DNA of 63,984 bases, the filler included, from Pirum gemmata (taxonomy: Eukaryota), in the NCBI GenBank assembly GCA_002812295.1. It is 27 parts of 27 records of this genome, joined end to end, with 100 filler letters (N's around TTAATTAATTAA, not from the genome) between each part and the next. Parts side by side here need not be neighbours in the genome. Positions count along the whole stretch, not along the records: positions 57,522 to 61,967 come from PDIN01009585.1; positions 62,068 to 63,984 come from PDIN01009607.1; 25 more parts are not named here. One strand, written 5' to 3'. Of the stretch, positions 61,845 through 63,984 are shown in pieces; the stretch's first letter is position 1, and each line of letters begins with the position of its first letter. The position numbers were made by a program, and so were the translations under genes. Under the pieces are notes generated by a model that saw only the letters and a list, made by a program, of their open reading frames with translations, did not search any database and was not told where the DNA came from.

Positions 61845-62998
61845 GTAAAATTTAATTATAAAAAAAGGAAAAAATATTGTTTATTAATTATTCTTTATTA
61901 TTTATAATATTGTTTATAATATTGTTTATTGTTTATTGTTTATTGTTTATTGTTTATTGTTTATTGTNNNNNNNNNNNNNNNNNNNNNNNNNNNNNNNNN
62001 NNNNNNNNNNNTTAATTAATTAANNNNNNNNNNNNNNNNNNNNNNNNNNNNNNNNNNNNNNNNNNNNACAACAACAACAACAGCAACAACAACAACAACA
62101 ACAACAAAAACAACAAAACCAGCTACAACAGCTACAACCACTACAAAAATCACTACAACAACAACTTCTACAACTACAACAACAAAATTTAATACAAAAA
62201 CGTAACTTATAGCTATATATGCCATATACTTGATATAATTATTATATAATTATTATTATATATAAAATGTGCGTGTAATTATAATTATGAGTCATGACCA
62301 GGCAGGCAGGTTGTGGACTATATAGTATTATATATGCCAGTATTCGCACATTTATTCACATGTCTATAATTATAGTACTATAATTATTATAGTATAATTA
62401 TGTATCAAAAAATCCCACAGTCACCTTGAAAATCCAATATGTTGTAGAAATATTCTCGCCGGCCACCTTTTTAGAAACAGTTAGTCTACTTTAGGATTCA
62501 ATATTTTTTCTAACACTTTTCTTTTTTTATATTTAGAACCCAGCTTGGCACTCTAAAAGTAACAGTAACTGTTTAAAAATAGCTCTGAAAGTATGAACAT
62601 TCAGAACATAGTCTCACTATAGTCTCGTATCATAGGATTCATAGCAGATCCATCATCCATCCGGCTTGGCTTTTTTTTTTTTTTTTGTAGACCTGGTAGA
62701 CTACGCAGCCGACTCCGACTACACAAATGAGCTCGATTTTTTTGGTGCAAACAATCAAAAAACGTCTAAAACCAGAACGTCCTACTTTTTTTTACTAATA
62801 ATTATTATTTTTTAAAAAAGTCCAAAGATTCAATTTCAAATTATTTCAAACCTAAAATACCTGATTAATGTTTGAAAACACTTTGAAAACACTTTGAAAA
62901 CTGAAAATTCTAGTGAATCCCAAAAGTCGGACGTTTTTTTAAAACTGCTTGTTTTGTCGTTCCCTTTCTGGAAACTCGCGCTAGTATGATTATCATAG

Positions 62999-63030
<32 letters not shown>

Positions 63031-63402
63031 ATGCTAGTGTATCACTGTGTATCATTGTATGATATAAAAAAATACAAAGACCGTCCATGATGCAATAATT
63101 ACATATATAGGCAATAATTATTTTGGGTTTATTTCGCACCCCCAAAAGAATTTTTTTTTCGACAAAAAAAAACAACAAAAAAAGTAAAAAATTTTTTTTT
63201 GAGAAAAAGAGAAAAAATTTAATAGTCTATTAATAGAATTAATAGCCGTATTCATAAAGCTTTGTTAAAAATTTTTAATAGTATTTTAAAGTTAGTAACT
63301 GCTTATTCTGAAGCCTTCTAGTAACTTAGCTGTTTAATTAATCATTGAATGTACGAATGTTGCACTTTATTTTAGTCTATTACTTTTTTGTTCTTTTTTA
63401 TA

Positions 63403-63564
63403 TTGTGCTTTTCATTTATTTTTTCACACCGAATATTTATTCGGTTTAATAGTTGTAATTTTTTAATTGACATTGAATAAATTGATAATAAAATAGTAAT
63501 AAAATATACCAAATTAAAATTTTTATTGCCTATTTTATTATGACAAAACAACTGCAAAGCACGG
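63403..63564 (-). mobile_element. MITE family A copy with both ends
   Basis: TA-TT-GTGCTTTTCATTTATT ... TGACAAAACAACTGCAAAGCAC-GG-TA. Confidence 0.8.
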
Positions 63565-63949
63565 TATACCAGATAACTACCAGATATACCAGTGGATAAG
63601 TATATTAATAATAGCATTGATATGTATATAATACATATTACATTAGAATATAATATACTATTTATCAATTGTACCATGGAATTATTTATTCGTTTTTTAA
63701 CAATAATAGGAATAACATTAATTTTAATATAATGATAACAAACATAATAATTTATAACAATATTGATAATAATAACACTCACAGCAATCACAACAACAAC
63801 AACAACAACAGCAACAATAACAATATTAATATAATGACAACAACAGCAACTACAAAAACAACAACTACTACAATAACAACAACTACTACTACAACTATAA
63901 CAACTACAAAGACAATAACAACAACAACATGTACAACAACAACAACAGC

Positions 63950-63984
<35 letters not shown>

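Noticed and set aside
3165..62067. TTAATTAATTAA recurring about every 2 kb, resembling a regularly spaced repeat system
   Set aside because: Always centred in 88 Ns. It is an artificial six-frame-stop concatenation linker.

Overview
This is very AT-rich eukaryotic nuclear DNA, not one locus. About 27 unrelated 2-4.5 kb scaffolds are joined by an artificial 100-bp linker (N44-TTAATTAATTAA-N44), so neighbours across linkers mean nothing. GT-AG introns, TTAGGG repeats and an animal-like VPS52 suggest an opisthokont, possibly a unicellular holozoan such as an ichthyosporean (inference only). Genes supported from the sequence: VPS52 (5 exons, partial), a PX-only protein, an alpha/beta-hydrolase, an ankyrin protein, a membrane protein with a one-zinc SP-RING-like finger, a 4-exon coiled-coil plus ricin-B-lectin-like gene, a 2-exon type II membrane protein, a small PP1-binding (RVxF/YDRR) protein, an N-terminal WRPW protein, and several Q/N-rich exons. 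Non-coding DNA is crowded with short transposon (MITE-like) families, one with about 14 copies. It also holds decayed LINE and copia reverse transcriptases, two satellites, about 18 interstitial or intronic telomere-type arrays, and (CTAG)n-rich tracts. I found no CRISPR array, rRNA or tRNA, and no multi-gene novel system is demonstrable. The best leads are the SP-RING-like membrane protein, the WRPW and PP1 mini-proteins, an 86-bp TGT..ACA palindromic insertion with a 4-bp TSD, a covarying LINE 3' hairpin, and telomere repeats filling introns. All family assignments come from motif recognition, with no database searches.
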